NCBI GenBank assembly: GCA_930982035.1
Contig: CAKNJL010000003.1
Location: forward strand, 858 to 64,857
DNA length: 64,000 nucleotides
Direction: 5' to 3'
Origin: an uncultured Clostridium sp.
GTDB taxonomy: Bacteria; Bacillota; Clostridia; TANB77; CAG-508
Shown here: piece after piece, positions 48,425-60,244 of the stretch
Layout of the letters: every line of letters begins with the position of its first letter
Numbering within the stretch: the stretch's first letter is position 1
Made by a program: the position numbers and the translations under genes
The notes under the pieces: generated by a model
What the model saw: the letters and a program-made list of their open reading frames with translations, nothing else
The model's database searches: none
What the model was told of the DNA's origin: nothing

Positions 48425-50506
48425 TTAGTCTTTTTTAGCACGAGACGCAACAATCTGCTCAAATACAGATTTTGGTACTTCTTCATAATGAGAAGGTTCC
48501 ATTGAATAAGTTCCTCTACCTTGTGTTTTAGAACGTAAATCTGTTGCATAACCAAACATTTCAGATAATGGTATAAATGCATGGATTTCTTGCATTCCAT
48601 CATTACCATCCATACCTTCCATTCTTCCTCTTCTTGAGTTTACATCTCCAATAACATCTCCCATATATTCTTCTGGAACTGTTATTTCAACTTTCATGAT
48701 TGGCTCTAATATAACTGCTTTAGCTTGTTTACAACCTTCTTTGAAAGCCATAGATGCTGCAATTTTGAATGCCATTTCAGAAGAGTCAACTTCGTGGTAT
48801 GAACCGTCAACTAATGTACATTTGAAATCTATAACTGGGTAACCAGCTAATATACCACTTTCTGCTGCTTCTCTCATACCTTGTTCAATAGCTTTGAAAT
48901 ATTCTTTAGGAACTGCTCCTCCAACGATTTTGCTTTCGAATTCAATTCCTTTACCTGGTTCTAATGGTTCCATTTCAAACCAAACATCACCATATTGTCC
49001 TTTACCACCAGATTGACGAATAAATTTACCTTGAACTTTTACTTTATTTCTTATTGTTTCTTTGTAAGCAACTTGTGGTTTACCAACATTACATTCAACC
49101 TTGAATTCTCTTTTTAATCTATCAACGATGATATCTAAGTGTAATTCACCCATACCTGCAATGATAGTTTGTCCAGTTTCATGGTTTGTATATGTTTTAA
49201 ATGTTGGATCTTCCTCTGCAAGTTTTGATAGCGCAATTCCCATTTTTTCTTGAGCTACTTTATCTTTAGGCTCTATTGCTATATCGATAACTGGCTCTGG
49301 GAATTCCATTGATTCTAGTATAACAGGTGCATTCATATCACATAATGTATCTCCTGTTGTTACTTCTTTTAATCCTACTGCTGCTGCGATATCTCCAGCA
49401 TATACTTTTTCGATATCTTCTCTATGATTTGAGTGCATTTGTAGAATTCTTCCTATTCTTTCTTTTTTATCTTTATTAGAGTTTAATACAGTAGAACCTG
49501 ATTCTAATGTACCTGAGTAAACTCTAAAGAAACATAATTTTCCAACAAATGGGTCTGTTGCAATTTTAAATGCTAATGCTGCAAATGGTTCTTTATCATC
49601 AGTTTTTCTTTCAACTTCATTACCATCTAAATCAACACCTTTGATATGTGGTATATCTAATGGTGATGGCATATAGTCAACTATAGCATTTAATAATTCT
49701 TGAACACCTTTGTTTTTATATGAAGAACCACATGTTACTGGAACTATTGTGTTATCAATTGTTCCTTTTCTTAATCCTTTTTTGATTTCTTCCTCTGTTA
49801 GTTCTTCACCATCTAAATATTTCATCATTAATTCTTCATCTTGATCTGCAACAGCTTCTATCATAATATCACGATGTTTTTTTGCATCTTCTATCATATC
49901 TTCTGGAATATCACATTCCTCTATTTCTCTTCCTAAATCATCTTTATGAATAAAAGCTCTCATTTTAATTAAGTCAACAATTCCTTTGAAATTGTCTTCT
50001 GCTCCAATTGGTAATTGGATAGCTATAGCGTTTGCTTTTAATCTATTTTTTAATTGATCAATACATAGTTCAAAGTTAGCTCCTGTAACATCCATTTTGT
50101 TAACATATACCATTCTTGGAACTTTGTATTTATCAGCTTGTCTCCAAACTGTTTCTGTTTGTGGTTGAACACCACCTTTGGCAGCCAAAACTGTAACTGC
50201 TCCGTCAAGAACTCTTAGAGATCTTTGAACCTCTACTGTAAAGTCAACGTGTCCAGGTGTGTCAATAATATTGATTCTATTATTGTTCCAGAAACATGTT
50301 GTGGCAGCAGATGTAATTGTAATACCTCTTTCTTGTTCTTGTTCCATCCAGTCCATTGTTGCTGCACCCTCATGAACTTCTCCTATTTTATGAGTTTTTC
50401 CTGTATAGAATAATATTCTCTCTGTTGTTGTTGTTTTACCAGCATCAATATGAGCCATTATTCCTATATTTCTTGTTCTTTCAAGTGGGTATGCTCTTCC
50501 TGCCAT
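48425..50506 (-). CDS. fusA: elongation factor G
   Basis: [17 protein letters not shown], 693 aa. Confidence 0.97.
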   Translation of the reverse strand: MAGRAYPLERTRNIGIMAHIDAGKTTTTERILFYTGKTHKIGEVHEGAATMDWMEQEQERGITITSAATTCFWNNNRINIIDTPGHVDFTVEVQRSLRVLDGAVTVLAAKGGVQPQTETVWRQADKYKVPRMVYVNKMDVTGANFELCIDQLKNRLKANAIAIQLPIGAEDNFKGIVDLIKMRAFIHKDDLGREIEECDIPEDMIEDAKKHRDIMIEAVADQDEELMMKYLDGEELTEEEIKKGLRKGTIDNTIVPVTCGSSYKNKGVQELLNAIVDYMPSPLDIPHIKGVDLDGNEVERKTDDKEPFAALAFKIATDPFVGKLCFFRVYSGTLESGSTVLNSNKDKKERIGRILQMHSNHREDIEKVYAGDIAAAVGLKEVTTGDTLCDMNAPVILESMEFPEPVIDIAIEPKDKVAQEKMGIALSKLAEEDPTFKTYTNHETGQTIIAGMGELHLDIIVDRLKREFKVECNVGKPQVAYKETIRNKVKVQGKFIRQSGGKGQYGDVWFEMEPLEPGKGIEFESKIVGGAVPKEYFKAIEQGMREAAESGILAGYPVIDFKCTLVDGSYHEVDSSEMAFKIAASMAFKEGCKQAKAVILEPIMKVEITVPEEYMGDVIGDVNSRRGRMEGMDGNDGMQEIHAFIPLSEMFGYATDLRSKTQGRGTYSMEPSHYEEVPKSVFEQIVASRAKKD

Positions 50507-50710
50507 TTTTGTATTTCCCCCTCTCTATATTTAAAATTCACTAAATTCGTTTTTAGCGTTGTCAAACTTCTCAAAAATATTTTCAATATACAAAAGTATT
50601 ATTTCAAATATTTTTGCTCGTTTTCCTAGCTAAAATTCGAATTTATTAAATTTTATTGTTTGGATAAATTTTATTTTGTAATTTTTAAATTTTGATTTAA
50701 AATGGTAAGA

Positions 50711-50800
50711 TGTGCATTTTTGATAAATAAGACAAGCCGAAGGTGTACATTTGTACATCGAGGTTTGTATTATTTAGCGAAAATGTGCAGATTGCCGTTT
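50711..50800 (-). repeat. family B repeat copy between rpsG and fusA
   Basis: gatgtgcatttttgataaataagacaagccgaaggtgtacatttgtacatcgaggtttgtattatttagcgaaaatgtgcag; stem changes compensatory vs other copies. Confidence 0.65.
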
Positions 50801-50812
50801 TCAATCAAAATT

Positions 50813-51293
50813 TTACCATTTATAATGTGCAAAGGCTTTGTTTGCTTCTGCCATTCTATGTGTATCTTCTTTTTTCTTAAATGCTCCACCGTTTCCGTTT
50901 ACAGCATCTATTAATTCTCCTGCTAATTTTTCAGCCATTGTTTTTTCATGTCTGTTTCTAGCATAAGTTACAATCCATCTTAAACCTAAAGTTTGTCTTC
51001 TTTCAGGTCTAATTTCTAATGGAACTTGGTATGTTGCACCACCAACTCTTCTTGCTTTAACTTCAAGAACTGGCATAACATTTTCTAAAGCTGCTTCAAA
51101 AACTTCTAGTGGATTTTTTCCTTCTTTTTCTTTTATGATGTCAAATGCATCATATACGATTCTTTGTGCTACAGATTTTTTACCATCAAGCATAATATTA
51201 TTTACTAATTTAGTAACAACTTTGCTATTATATATTGGATCTGGTAACACATCTCTTTTTGCTACATATCCTTTTCTTGGCACTATTCTTCCC
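50813..51293 (-). CDS. rpsG: 30S ribosomal protein S7 (GTG start, MPRKGYV...)
   Basis: RBS aggaggg then GTG; track ORF extended upstream to an ATG without RBS. Confidence 0.9.
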
Positions 51294-51565
51294 TCCTTAA
51301 ATATCTTTGTCAGGGGACACACCTTTCTTATTAGATATCTCACTTGGGTTAAGGTATGTCCCCTCCCCTTGTGAATATATAATGTCATATTTGATGTTTC
51401 CTCCTTTATTGAATACTCACTAGAGTATTCTAGGTACTCTGAAAAGTTTCCTTTCCCGTATAGTGCTATATATTCTATCTAAATTTAAGTACCTTAATTT
51501 AGCAAGAGTACAAGCACTAGTTCTTTTTAATTTGTTTTGTTTAAAATAAAGCAAATTAGGTATAT

Positions 51566-51648
51566 TGTGCATTTTTGATAAATAATACAAGCTGAAGGCG
51601 TACTTCTTGTACGTCAAAGTTTGGATTATTTAGCGAAAATGTGCAAGA
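51566..51648 (-). repeat. family B repeat copy between rpsL and rpsG
   Basis: tgtgcatttttgataaataatacaagctgaaggcgtacttcttgtacgtcaaagtttggattatttagcgaaaatgtgcaag. Confidence 0.65.
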
Positions 51649-51670
51649 TGCCTGATTTCATTTATTTTAA

Positions 51671-52084
51671 TTATTTTTTAGGCTTCTTAGCCCCATACTT
51701 AGAACGCGCTTGCATTCTGTCTTTAACACCTGCTGTATCTAATGTTCCTCTGATGATATGATATCTAACACCTGGAAGGTCTTTTACCCTACCACCTCTA
51801 ATTAATACAACACTGTGTTCTTGTAGGTTATGTCCTATACCTGGGATATAAGATGTAACTTCATAACCATTTGAAAGTCTAACTCTGGCAACTTTTCTTA
51901 ATGCTGAGTTTGGCTTTTTAGGTGTAACTGTTTTTACAACTGTACATACTCCTCTTTTTTGTGGAGCTCTGTTGTTTGTTAATCTCTTATTTTTTGAATT
52001 CCATCCATGTTGCAATGCTGGAGATTTTGATTTTGTTACTCCTGTTTGTCTTCCTTTTCTTACTAATTGATTAATTGTTGGCAC
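51671..52084 (-). CDS. rpsL: 30S ribosomal protein S12
   Basis: [13 protein letters not shown], 137 aa. Confidence 0.97.
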   Translation of the reverse strand: MPTINQLVRKGRQTGVTKSKSPALQHGWNSKNKRLTNNRAPQKRGVCTVVKTVTPKKPNSALRKVARVRLSNGYEVTSYIPGIGHNLQEHSVVLIRGGRVKDLPGVRYHIIRGTLDTAGVKDRMQARSKYGAKKPKK

Positions 52085-52310
52085 TTAAATTTCACCTCCT
52101 GAATTTTTAATTTTTATCTATATTTATATGAAACTTTTTTGTAATATTTTATAGATATTTGTTTCATATAAAATAAATATACCGTTACGGAACTGCATAA
52201 AACATGCAATCTATCATAACGGTATATATTTTATCATTTTTATGTTGATATGTCAATGAATTTTTTCATTTTTTCAAACTATAAATTACGTTTTTTCAAA
52301 TTTGAAGGAA

Positions 52311-54167
52311 TTACTCTAATTCTTCCTCTTCTTCCTTATCATCTTGTACAACTTTTTGTTCTTTTGAACTATCACTTCTATTCATTAACTCTTTTGGTGG
52401 ATTTATTTTACATTTTTCAACCACATTATCTTTTTTGGCATTTGTTGATTTTTTTGATTCCTCATTTTCTTTTTCAATTTCTAATCGTTGTGGTATTGTG
52501 TCACTTTCTATTGTTTTATTATTCTCTAAACTTTCTATTACTTCATTGTATTTTGCATAAATTGTTTTTGCTTTTTCTCCACTAACAATTTTTTCTAATA
52601 ATCTACGTAATTCTTGAGTTTCATATACTGCCATTTGTGATTTTGAAGGTTTTCCAAATAATTTTCTAATTTTTCTTTCTATCCATCTTGTCTTTTTCTT
52701 TGCATCAATTTTTAAAACTCTTAATTCTTCTATGTATTCTTCAGATGTTAATAATGGGCTAACTTCTCCTCCATCACATATTGTATAAACTTTATCAGAT
52801 AAATCATCGAATTTCTTTTGACATTCTTTTATTATTTTTTCATCTTCTTGTGTTATGGTTGGCTTATCAGTAATTTCAAGGTATTTTCTTCTTATTTGAT
52901 TTATTTTTCCTATCTCTACTAAATCTGCCGCTGTAAATGATTTTTCTTCATACAAATTTTCTTTATCATCTAAAACTTGTATTTTTAATGGTACATATTT
53001 TAATGCTTTATCCATTTCTTCTTTTGTATATCCTTTTTCTATACAACTTTTATAATATTCTCTTATTTTCTCACTCTTCTCTACTAATTCTTCTGGTTCA
53101 ATATCTGGTCTTATTTTATTTACAATCATACTTATTCTATTTTCTATAGCCTTTGTTCTTCTGTCATCATCTTCTTGTTCTTCTTTTTTTGCTTCACTAT
53201 CACTTGTTTTAGTTTCTTTTGATTTTTTATCATCTTTATTTTCTAAAGATTGTTCATTGTTAGTTTCATTCTTTTTATTTTCATCTTCTTTTTTACTATC
53301 TTTTTCTTTGTCCTCTTTTTTTGATTTATCATCTTTTGGTTTATCTTCTTTTTCTTCTTTGTTACCTTCTTGAAAATTATCTTTTCCTTTTGAATTAGTA
53401 TTATCTTTGACTTTATCTTTCATATATTTTTCTTTTATTGATTTTAACATATCGCTAAGTTTGTTTTTTTGCTCAATTAATTCTTCTTTTTCTCTCTTTA
53501 ATTCTTCGCTTTGTAGTTCTTTGTTATCTACAGTTGTTTCTGCAACTAAAGCATTAATTTGTTTGTCTAAATCTATAACAGCTTTTTCTACATTTTCATT
53601 AAGTCTTTTTCCCTCTGTTCCTTTATATGTTTTTGTTTTTTGATGCAAGTTACTCATTTTATTTTTAGCAACTCTTAGTTTTTCTCTTTTTTCAACTTTT
53701 TTTATAACTTCCTCTTTTTTGGCAATTTCATCATCAATTTTTTTCTTTTTTTCTTCAATAATTTCTTCTAATTGATTTAATACTTCTTCTATAATGTCAT
53801 CTACTGATATTGATTTTTGTGGTTCTTTTAAAAATCCTGCTTTTTCCAATGAAACTTTTTCTAAGATTTCATCAGCAATTCCATCTTTTGCTTGTTGTTT
53901 TAAATCATTTTTTAGGACGTCATCTTGAATCTCTTCTAATACACCTTCACCTTTTAATTGTTGAAGTTCTTTAAATCCTTCTTTTTCTTCTTCTAGTGCT
54001 TCATCAACTGTTTTTTGAGCTACAAAATCTCCAATTTTTTTCTTATTCACTTCTATAAGCTCTTCTACAATAGTTTGTACTTGCTCTTGAAACTTTTCAT
54101 CCTTTGTATCTAATCCATTAAATTTTTCTTTCAAATCTTTCTTCATATCATCTGTTAAAATATCCAT
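52311..54167 (-). CDS. hypothetical K/E-rich low-complexity coiled-coil protein
   Basis: 618 aa, long charged repeats KKEDKEKDSKKEDENKK, acidic C-terminus. Confidence 0.45.
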   Translation of the reverse strand: MDILTDDMKKDLKEKFNGLDTKDEKFQEQVQTIVEELIEVNKKKIGDFVAQKTVDEALEEEKEGFKELQQLKGEGVLEEIQDDVLKNDLKQQAKDGIADEILEKVSLEKAGFLKEPQKSISVDDIIEEVLNQLEEIIEEKKKKIDDEIAKKEEVIKKVEKREKLRVAKNKMSNLHQKTKTYKGTEGKRLNENVEKAVIDLDKQINALVAETTVDNKELQSEELKREKEELIEQKNKLSDMLKSIKEKYMKDKVKDNTNSKGKDNFQEGNKEEKEDKPKDDKSKKEDKEKDSKKEDENKKNETNNEQSLENKDDKKSKETKTSDSEAKKEEQEDDDRRTKAIENRISMIVNKIRPDIEPEELVEKSEKIREYYKSCIEKGYTKEEMDKALKYVPLKIQVLDDKENLYEEKSFTAADLVEIGKINQIRRKYLEITDKPTITQEDEKIIKECQKKFDDLSDKVYTICDGGEVSPLLTSEEYIEELRVLKIDAKKKTRWIERKIRKLFGKPSKSQMAVYETQELRRLLEKIVSGEKAKTIYAKYNEVIESLENNKTIESDTIPQRLEIEKENEESKKSTNAKKDNVVEKCKINPPKELMNRSDSSKEQKVVQDDKEEEEELE

Positions 54168-54283
54168 ATTTTATCTCCCCTATCTTTAATAAACTCTTTT
54201 TCCATTATATCATATATTTTACATTTTCGCAACTTTTTATGTAAATTTTTAGAGAGAGCTTACAAGCTCTCTCTCGATAATAA

Positions 54284-54721
54284 CTAACTTTTTAATTTTT
54301 TTATTATTTCTCTTATCTTTTGTTTTTGAGTTTTTCTTAGCAATTTACTACTACTTAACGCCTCTCCTTCTATAATCAATTTTTTCTCTAAATTTTCAAG
54401 CGTTCCTTTTAATACTTTTGCGTGTTCAGGTCCTTCTTGTTTTTCAAGCATTCTACATAACGCTTTTATTTCTAGCACCCAACTACAGAACCAACAATAC
54501 TCCCGCACTGCATTTCTGGCAAGTATGATTGTTTTAAATACTTTATATGCTATATATATCAATATAGTTAAAAATATAGCATAATTAATTGCTAATAAAT
54601 CCACTGCTATTTCGTTCATTTTCCCTTGAAAAAAAATAACAGATGCATAACCTGTTAATCCTACATAAATTGCTAACAAAATTAAAATAATTTTTACCAT
54701 TGTTTTTGCTTTCTTAGTCAT
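54284..54721 (-). CDS. hypothetical membrane protein (2 TM) with C-terminal basic tail
   Basis: 145 aa. Confidence 0.4.
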   Translation of the reverse strand: MTKKAKTMVKIILILLAIYVGLTGYASVIFFQGKMNEIAVDLLAINYAIFLTILIYIAYKVFKTIILARNAVREYCWFCSWVLEIKALCRMLEKQEGPEHAKVLKGTLENLEKKLIIEGEALSSSKLLRKTQKQKIREIIKKLKS

Positions 54722-54855
54722 TATCTAATCCTCCTAAAAATTTTTTTATATATTGTCTTCACCTATAAAAAATGAAGAAAGCTACTACTTGTTACACCTC
54801 TATTATACTATATTATGCACTTTTATGTAAACTTTTCTAGTTTCAGATAATAACA

Positions 54856-55016
54856 GAACAATAGCGGGCTTTCTTAAACATTTTTTTGTTCATAACATTT
54901 CAAAGCCCGCGTCATTGTTCGGCGCCAAATTTTACGCTAGTAAAATTTGTGTGCAATTACTAGAGCAAAGCGACGTTCTTGTATAGGAAAAACTTGATTT
55001 TTCCTATACAAGAACA
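54856..55016. repeat. third copy of family A three-hairpin repeat
   Basis: near-identical to 42296..42458. Confidence 0.7.
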
Positions 55017-55227
55017 AATCTAGTTTGCTAGATCTTTTATCTACTTTTTAACAGTTGCTACATTAATTAAGATCTAGGAAGAAGCGTATAAGATTTGTTG
55101 TGCGAAAAATTGTGAAATAGCTTTTCTGTGCAATCCTTTTTTAAATCCTAGTAAATGCAAATTCCTAGAATTTAAAAAAGATTTATTCATATTAATATTG
55201 AATAAATCTTTTAATCATTTTATATTT

Positions 55228-55533
55228 CTATATTTTTCCTTCTTTTTGTAGTTGGTCAATATCATGTTTTAATATCTCATTGAAACATTCTGACCCCGCT
55301 TTTACTACTAATTCATCAAATAATTCTTCATCTTCAACATGTGCGAAAATATCATCCTTTACTTTATATAGAAATGCTACTTCTAAATTTTTATTATTAA
55401 CAGTCGCTAAATCTATAGCATAAAAATACTCTTTATTTTCATAAACAAATTGTTTAATAATGTACATTTTTTTTCCTTGATATTCAATTGTCTTATTTTC
55501 CCAATCTACTATCAAACTTTCTCTTAATCCCAT
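55228..55533 (-). CDS. hypothetical small protein immediately downstream of large repeat protein
   Basis: 101 aa, 24-bp gap to upstream gene. Confidence 0.4.
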   Translation of the reverse strand: MGLRESLIVDWENKTIEYQGKKMYIIKQFVYENKEYFYAIDLATVNNKNLEVAFLYKVKDDIFAHVEDEELFDELVVKAGSECFNEILKHDIDQLQKEGKI

Positions 55534-55557
55534 AAAATCCTCCTCATCATCTTTTGA

Positions 55558-58500
55558 TTATCTTTCTTCTGAGTTATCTTTTTTCTTATCATCATCAACC
55601 TCTTCTCTATCTTCCTCTGGTTTTACTTTATATTTATCTCTTCCTTTGAAAATATCAATAACTGGAGCTGATAATGTTGTGAAAAATTGTGCAAAAGGTC
55701 CTATTAAATCTGCTTTAAAATCTTGTGTCATAGTTTTTAGAGTTGGTGCTTTCATTTTCAAAAATCCTTGACCTTGGTCATATAAATCTGCAAATTTATC
55801 ATATAACTTAGCAACATTTTTATTATCCCTAATTGCTGTTTGTTGTAAATCTATCTGACTTAAATGGTCTACACCTGCTCCAGAATGTATATTACCTGCT
55901 AAATTTTGTGACTCTTTTAATGTTGCTGTACTTTCACCTGATTTCAAATAGTCTGCTAGCCATCTTAATTTATCTGAAACTGAACTATTTGATGGGAATT
56001 TTCCTATATTTTGTGACATTGTATCAATCCTACTATTAATTACTTTATCTGATTGCACATAACTTGGATCTAAACTTGCATTTCCATTTAAACGCATACT
56101 GTTTATTTCTCCTGCATCTGCTATTCCTTTAGCATGTGCTCTAGCTGCTCTTGTTATATTACTATCTGTAATACTTGTACTAGCATTTGTAAAACTATTT
56201 TGTTGGTTATTAAATTGATTTGCAAAATTGTTTACAGTATTTGCATCTTTATTATATTGATCAACCACTTGTTCAACTGCCTCGTTTGCTTTATATAACC
56301 CTCTTAATGTTCTAGTTATTGAAGCCCATGCCATAGCAAACATTCCAACATTTCTTACTGTATGATCTTCTCTATCAGAAACTACTCTTGCTGGCGCACT
56401 TCTCATATTAAATGGACTTCTTAATATCCTTAAACCATTAGTATATGTATTCTTTTCTCCAGTTTCTTTCATTTCCTTTTGAGCTTTAGCTGCTGAAATA
56501 GCATCTCCTTTTTTTTCTGCTTCAAGCATTTCCTTTTCCTTATCTGCATATTCATTTAATGCATCTTTATACTCTTGAGTAGTTGAATTTCTTTTATGGA
56601 ATATATTTAGTATCTTACTTCCCCTTATATTTCCTTTATATGCTGCACTTATTCTTTCTTTTCCTCTTCTTGCCTCTTTAGCTCTCCTTTCATTATCCTC
56701 CATTTCTTTTACTTTATCATCTATTTCTTTTTTTAGAGTTTCAAGTCTTTCTTTTTCTGATTCAGTCAAAGGCTCTTCTCTAGCCAATAACTCATCTCTT
56801 TCCTGTTCTGCTTCATTCATTTCTCGTTCCAAATCTGCATTCTCACGTTGAGCAATTGTTCTGAGACTACGATTTAGAGCTCTCAATATTACAGCATTAG
56901 GTTTTAAATCTATAATTCTTTCTTCTGTTAGATAATCTGCCATTGCTTTTAATTCTTTAGGATCCATATCATTAAATTGTTCTGTAATTTGTTTTTCTAA
57001 TTTCGATTGTCCTGTGATTTTTCTAAGTAATGGCTTTGCTCCGAAGTATGATAAAGCTGCTACTCCAGCTGCTCCAGCCCATCCAATCGGACCTGTTACT
57101 ATGCCTGCTGTAGCTAATGCTAATGCAACTGAACCTGGTAATGGCAATAAAGGATTTTCTGAAAAAGTATGCTTTTTCAATATTTCAGGCATCTCGTTAA
57201 ATTCTCTTCTAAATATTTGTAAACCTGTTTGTATTGTTGGATGTAGATCTGGATCATCTCCACGTCCTCCACCTGGACCTACTCTATGGTCATCTGGACC
57301 TCCTATTATTTTGCCTCCATCGTCTTCTGGATCTTCTTTGCCTCCACCTGGTCCATCTGTACCTCCACCTGGCCCCTCTGGTCCTTCTGAATCATCATCT
57401 CTTCCTTTTGGTTCTTTTTCTTTATCTTTTTCAAATGGGTTTATTCCATGATCCCACAAATATCTATTGTATTCTTGGTCTCCTGGTTCTATTCCCTCTG
57501 CTATTAATTCTTCTATTTGTTCTGGTGTTAATCTTGGATGCCATTTTGATTCAACTTTATCTGTTTTCTCATTTTCTTTACCTTTTTCAAATGGGTTTAT
57601 TCCATGATCCCACAAATATCTATTGTATTCTTGATCCCCTGGTTCTATTCCTTCTGCTATTAATTCTTCTATTTGTTCTGGTGTTAATCTTGGATGCCAT
57701 TTAATTTCACCATTTTGTGCGTTTTCTTCTATTTCTTTATCATTCTGTTCATTCTCTTTTTCTCTATTCTTTAATTCATTTATTTTTGTTAAAATTCTAT
57801 TGTATTCTTGATGTTCTCCTGATGCTTGATCATAAAATCCATTCCTTCTATATTCAGCCATTCTTTCTGCTGATTGTTTCAATAATTTTTCTAAGTCTTG
57901 TATTTGTTGTTGTATTGAATTTTCTTGAGCTTGTTCTTCTTTACCTTTCAATTCATTTATCTTTGTTAATATTCTATTATATTCTTGATGTTCTGCTATT
58001 TCTTGATTTTCAAATCCACCTCTTTTATATTCAGCCATTCTTTCTGCTGATTGTTTTAATAATTTTTCTAAGTCTTGTATTTGTTGTTGTGTTGAATTTT
58101 CTTGAGTTTGCTCTGTTATTTCTTTCAACTCATTTATTCTTGCTAAAATCTTATTATACTCTTGATGCTCGGCCGCTTCTTGATTTTCAAACCCATTATC
58201 CCCATATTCTTTCATTCTTTTTGCAGTCTCTTGTAATTGTTTTTCTAGATCAGCAATAGTTTGCTCAATTTCATTTTCTGGTTCTTTAGTTTCTGGAGCT
58301 TTCTCGCCTTCTGGAACATCTTTTGAAATTTCCACATCATACTTATCAAACATTTCTTCAAGTTCTTTATTAATTGGGTATAGCTTATAGCTTGGATTAT
58401 CTTTTCTACTTGGTTTAATACCATTTTTTCTATTATTTGCTATTTCATCTCTGTATTTTTTTCTTTCTGTAAGTAATTCATCAAGTCTTTTATTGTCCTC

Positions 58501-58632
58501 TTCTAAGACATTTAATTCTTCTTCTCTACCAACTCTCTCTTCTTCATTTAGATTTTGAATCTCATTAATTTTACTCTCTAATAATCTTTTTAATTCGTTC
58601 AAATCTTTTCCATTAATTAAATTATCTTCCAT
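55558..58632 (-). CDS. large hypothetical protein with N-terminal coiled-coil tandem repeats (3 x ~48 aa and 2 x ~45 aa), Gly-rich linker, central hydrophobic segment and C-terminal domain
   Basis: repeats QQQIQDLEKLLKQSAERMAEY.R.GF.NQE.AEHQEYNRIL.KINELK and KWHPRLTPEQIEELIAEGIEPGDQEYNRYLWDHGINPFEK; hydrophobic LALATAGIVTGPIGWAGAAGVAALSYFGA. Confidence 0.5.
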   Translation of the reverse strand: MEDNLINGKDLNELKRLLESKINEIQNLNEEERVGREEELNVLEEDNKRLDELLTERKKYRDEIANNRKNGIKPSRKDNPSYKLYPINKELEEMFDKYDVEISKDVPEGEKAPETKEPENEIEQTIADLEKQLQETAKRMKEYGDNGFENQEAAEHQEYNKILARINELKEITEQTQENSTQQQIQDLEKLLKQSAERMAEYKRGGFENQEIAEHQEYNRILTKINELKGKEEQAQENSIQQQIQDLEKLLKQSAERMAEYRRNGFYDQASGEHQEYNRILTKINELKNREKENEQNDKEIEENAQNGEIKWHPRLTPEQIEELIAEGIEPGDQEYNRYLWDHGINPFEKGKENEKTDKVESKWHPRLTPEQIEELIAEGIEPGDQEYNRYLWDHGINPFEKDKEKEPKGRDDDSEGPEGPGGGTDGPGGGKEDPEDDGGKIIGGPDDHRVGPGGGRGDDPDLHPTIQTGLQIFRREFNEMPEILKKHTFSENPLLPLPGSVALALATAGIVTGPIGWAGAAGVAALSYFGAKPLLRKITGQSKLEKQITEQFNDMDPKELKAMADYLTEERIIDLKPNAVILRALNRSLRTIAQRENADLEREMNEAEQERDELLAREEPLTESEKERLETLKKEIDDKVKEMEDNERRAKEARRGKERISAAYKGNIRGSKILNIFHKRNSTTQEYKDALNEYADKEKEMLEAEKKGDAISAAKAQKEMKETGEKNTYTNGLRILRSPFNMRSAPARVVSDREDHTVRNVGMFAMAWASITRTLRGLYKANEAVEQVVDQYNKDANTVNNFANQFNNQQNSFTNASTSITDSNITRAARAHAKGIADAGEINSMRLNGNASLDPSYVQSDKVINSRIDTMSQNIGKFPSNSSVSDKLRWLADYLKSGESTATLKESQNLAGNIHSGAGVDHLSQIDLQQTAIRDNKNVAKLYDKFADLYDQGQGFLKMKAPTLKTMTQDFKADLIGPFAQFFTTLSAPVIDIFKGRDKYKVKPEEDREEVDDDKKKDNSEER

Positions 58633-58842
58633 ATTTTTACCCCTTCTCTTAAAAATTACCTCTGTCCACTATTATAGCATAAAAAATAGCCTTTCGCAAC
58701 AGATTATGTAAATTTATTTTTTTATAATCTCCTTCAATATCATAGCATAATATTACCATAACAATTATTTTTTTACAATTACTTAAACATTTTTAACATA
58801 AATTTAATATTTTTGTAACATTTTAGTAATGTTTGTAAGTAA

Positions 58843-60240
58843 TCATAGACTATCCAAACTTCTCTCTGCCAATTTTTTATATCTTTCTTTTTTATCTTTT
58901 ATCTTCTTTCCTTCCAATTCAGGTAAAATTCCAAAATTGGCATTCATTGGTTGAAATCTAGAATTAGGGGTAGAAATATATTTTGCTAAAGCACCAATCA
59001 CTGTAAACTCTGAGAAAATAACTTTGTCTCTAGTTTGTGTTAAGCTTTTCTCTGTATTTTTATATTTTTCAAATTGAACAACTGCATTTATTCCTGCTAC
59101 TAATCCAGAGGAAATTGATTCTACATATCCTTCTACTCCAGTTATTTGGCCTGCAAAAAATATATTATTATTATATTTTAAATTATAAGTTTCATCTAAT
59201 AATTGTGTAGAATTTATATATGTATTTCTGTGCATTACACCATACTTAATAAAATCTGCATTTCCTAGTCCTGGAATCATACTAAATACTCTTTTTTGTT
59301 CTCCATATTTTAGGTTTGTTTGAAAACCTACTATATTATACATTGTTGCCTGCTTATCATCTTGTCTTAACTGAACGACTGCATATGGTCTTTTTCCAGT
59401 TCTTGGGTCATCAAATCCAACTGGTTTTAGTGGTCCAAATCTTAAAGTATCAATTCCTCTTTTAGCCATAATCTCTATAGGCATACATCCTTCAAATATT
59501 TCTCTTTTTTCAAATTCATGTAATGTCACAACTTCTGCATTTATTAAGTTATTGCAAAAGTTTTCATATTCCTCTTTATTCATTGGAAGATTGATATAAT
59601 CTTTTTCTATATCTTCCTCTTCTAGTTTTTTTAATCTATCTTTCCATTGCTCTACTGTTTCTTCTTTTTTCTTTTCCTGACTATATCTATTTCCATAAAA
59701 TGCGATATTAAAATCAATACTATCTTTGGTGACAATTGGTGCCACTGCATCATAAAAATAGAGCTTATCTTGGCTTGTAAGATTTTGAATATCTTTTGCT
59801 AAAGCATCTGAGGTTAATGGTCCTGTAGCAATTATTACAATTCCGTCTTTTGCTAACTCTTCAATATTTGTAACTTCTTCATTTATCACTTCTATCAACG
59901 GATTTTCTTTTATTCTCTTTGTAACTTCTTTAGAAAATATTTCTCTATCAACAGCTAGTGCTTGTCCTGCTGGCACACTTGTCTCATCTGCTATTTTTAT
60001 AAGTAATGAATCTAATCTCCTCAATTCCTCTTTTAATAATCCACATGCATTTGTAAGAAGATTAGATTTAAAAGAATTACTACATACAATTTCTGCTAAA
60101 TTTTCATTACTATGTGCTGGTGAAAATTTTACAGGTTTCATCTCATATAATTTTACTTTTATTCCTCTTTTGGCGATTTGATAAGCAGATTCTGTTCCTG
60201 CTAGGCCTCCACCTATCACTACTATATAATCTTTTTTCAT
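58843..60240 (-). CDS. trmFO: methylenetetrahydrofolate--tRNA-(uracil-5-)-methyltransferase TrmFO
   Basis: FAD motif [17 protein letters not shown] active-site motif, 465 aa. Confidence 0.85.
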   Translation of the reverse strand: MKKDYIVVIGGGLAGTESAYQIAKRGIKVKLYEMKPVKFSPAHSNENLAEIVCSNSFKSNLLTNACGLLKEELRRLDSLLIKIADETSVPAGQALAVDREIFSKEVTKRIKENPLIEVINEEVTNIEELAKDGIVIIATGPLTSDALAKDIQNLTSQDKLYFYDAVAPIVTKDSIDFNIAFYGNRYSQEKKKEETVEQWKDRLKKLEEEDIEKDYINLPMNKEEYENFCNNLINAEVVTLHEFEKREIFEGCMPIEIMAKRGIDTLRFGPLKPVGFDDPRTGKRPYAVVQLRQDDKQATMYNIVGFQTNLKYGEQKRVFSMIPGLGNADFIKYGVMHRNTYINSTQLLDETYNLKYNNNIFFAGQITGVEGYVESISSGLVAGINAVVQFEKYKNTEKSLTQTRDKVIFSEFTVIGALAKYISTPNSRFQPMNANFGILPELEGKKIKDKKERYKKLAERSLDSL

Positions 60241-60244
60241 AAAA

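Noticed and set aside
48415-48609. 64-aa ORF overlapping fusA 3' end
   Set aside because: Alternative frame inside EF-G coding sequence.
52311-54167. K/E-rich 618-aa protein considered as secreted/T7SS substrate
   Set aside because: No signal peptide, WXG or LXG features recognisable; low-complexity charged repeats only; left as hypothetical.
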